Source: Lingula anatina (taxonomy: Eukaryota > Animalia > Brachiopoda). From it: 64,000 nt of DNA. The position numbers and the translations under genes were made by a program. The notes under the pieces were generated by a model, which made no database searches, had not been told where the DNA came from, and saw nothing but the letters and a program-made list of their open reading frames with translations. Positions 63,519 through 64,000 of the stretch are shown piece by piece. How positions within the stretch are numbered: position 1 is the first letter of the stretch; every line of letters starts with the position of its first letter. The DNA is taken from positions 23,216,934 to 23,280,933 of the forward strand of contig CM120645.1 of assembly GCA_051362555.1 (NCBI GenBank). Direction: 5' to 3'.

Positions 63519-64000
63519 CACAGAGGGTGTTGTGAGGACGGTGGGGCCCCCCTCCCCCGGGGGGTCTCACCCAGGGGGTCTCGGCAGGTCCTGCTAGGGT
63601 CTGTGTCATAATGGGTACGTGGCTGTCAAGGTGCAACAGGTGACATGCCGCTACGGGGACACTCACACATTTACCTTCACTAAAAGAATTATGAATAGTA
63701 TCGTTATATATACATATAACATATTGCTTATCATGCATAGATATGTATTTTACATGTATTTGTGTGTGATAAACAATTCATGTGGTGATGGTATACGAGT
63801 CTTAATGTTTTGATTAGTCATGGAGTTGAATTTCAAACGGCCATTATGGTTGTTAGTATAGCTAATGTAGACTTATTTAAGAACAAAAAAAAACTGTTAC
63901 TGTATATAGTCTGTGGTCAGTCCTTTAGCACATAGTTCACATCTTTTATTACATTTGTACACTTCAATTCATGACGTGTTAACGCATTTAGTTTATCTTT

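Overview
Eukaryotic, intron-rich, AT-rich invertebrate DNA (mollusc-like; the taxon is inferred). It holds two + strand genes in head-to-tail order. The first is the last 24 coding exons of a GRIPAP1 orthologue (153..13215; the 5' part lies outside the window). The second is a complete Shal/Kv4 (KCND) voltage-gated K+ channel gene (CDS 23105..63518, about 625 aa) with a 26 kb intron after its first coding exon. Main finding: the 163-nt exon encoding the second half of the selectivity filter plus S6 is present twice in tandem (50535..50697 and 51130..51292). Both copies are intact and should be mutually exclusive. They differ at the position equivalent to Shaker T449 (Thr vs Val). A short candidate alternative terminal exon (60674..60727), similar to the start of the main last exon, would remove the PDZ tail. 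The GRIPAP1-to-KCND order matches human GRIPAP1-KCND1. The window also contains several tandem arrays carrying 5' splice-site motifs, a decayed Tc1 (DD34E) transposon, and CACTA-, Harbinger- and hAT-like MITEs. Most ORFs in the supplied track are microsatellite or intronic artefacts. All homology calls rest on recalled sequence motifs, not on database searches.
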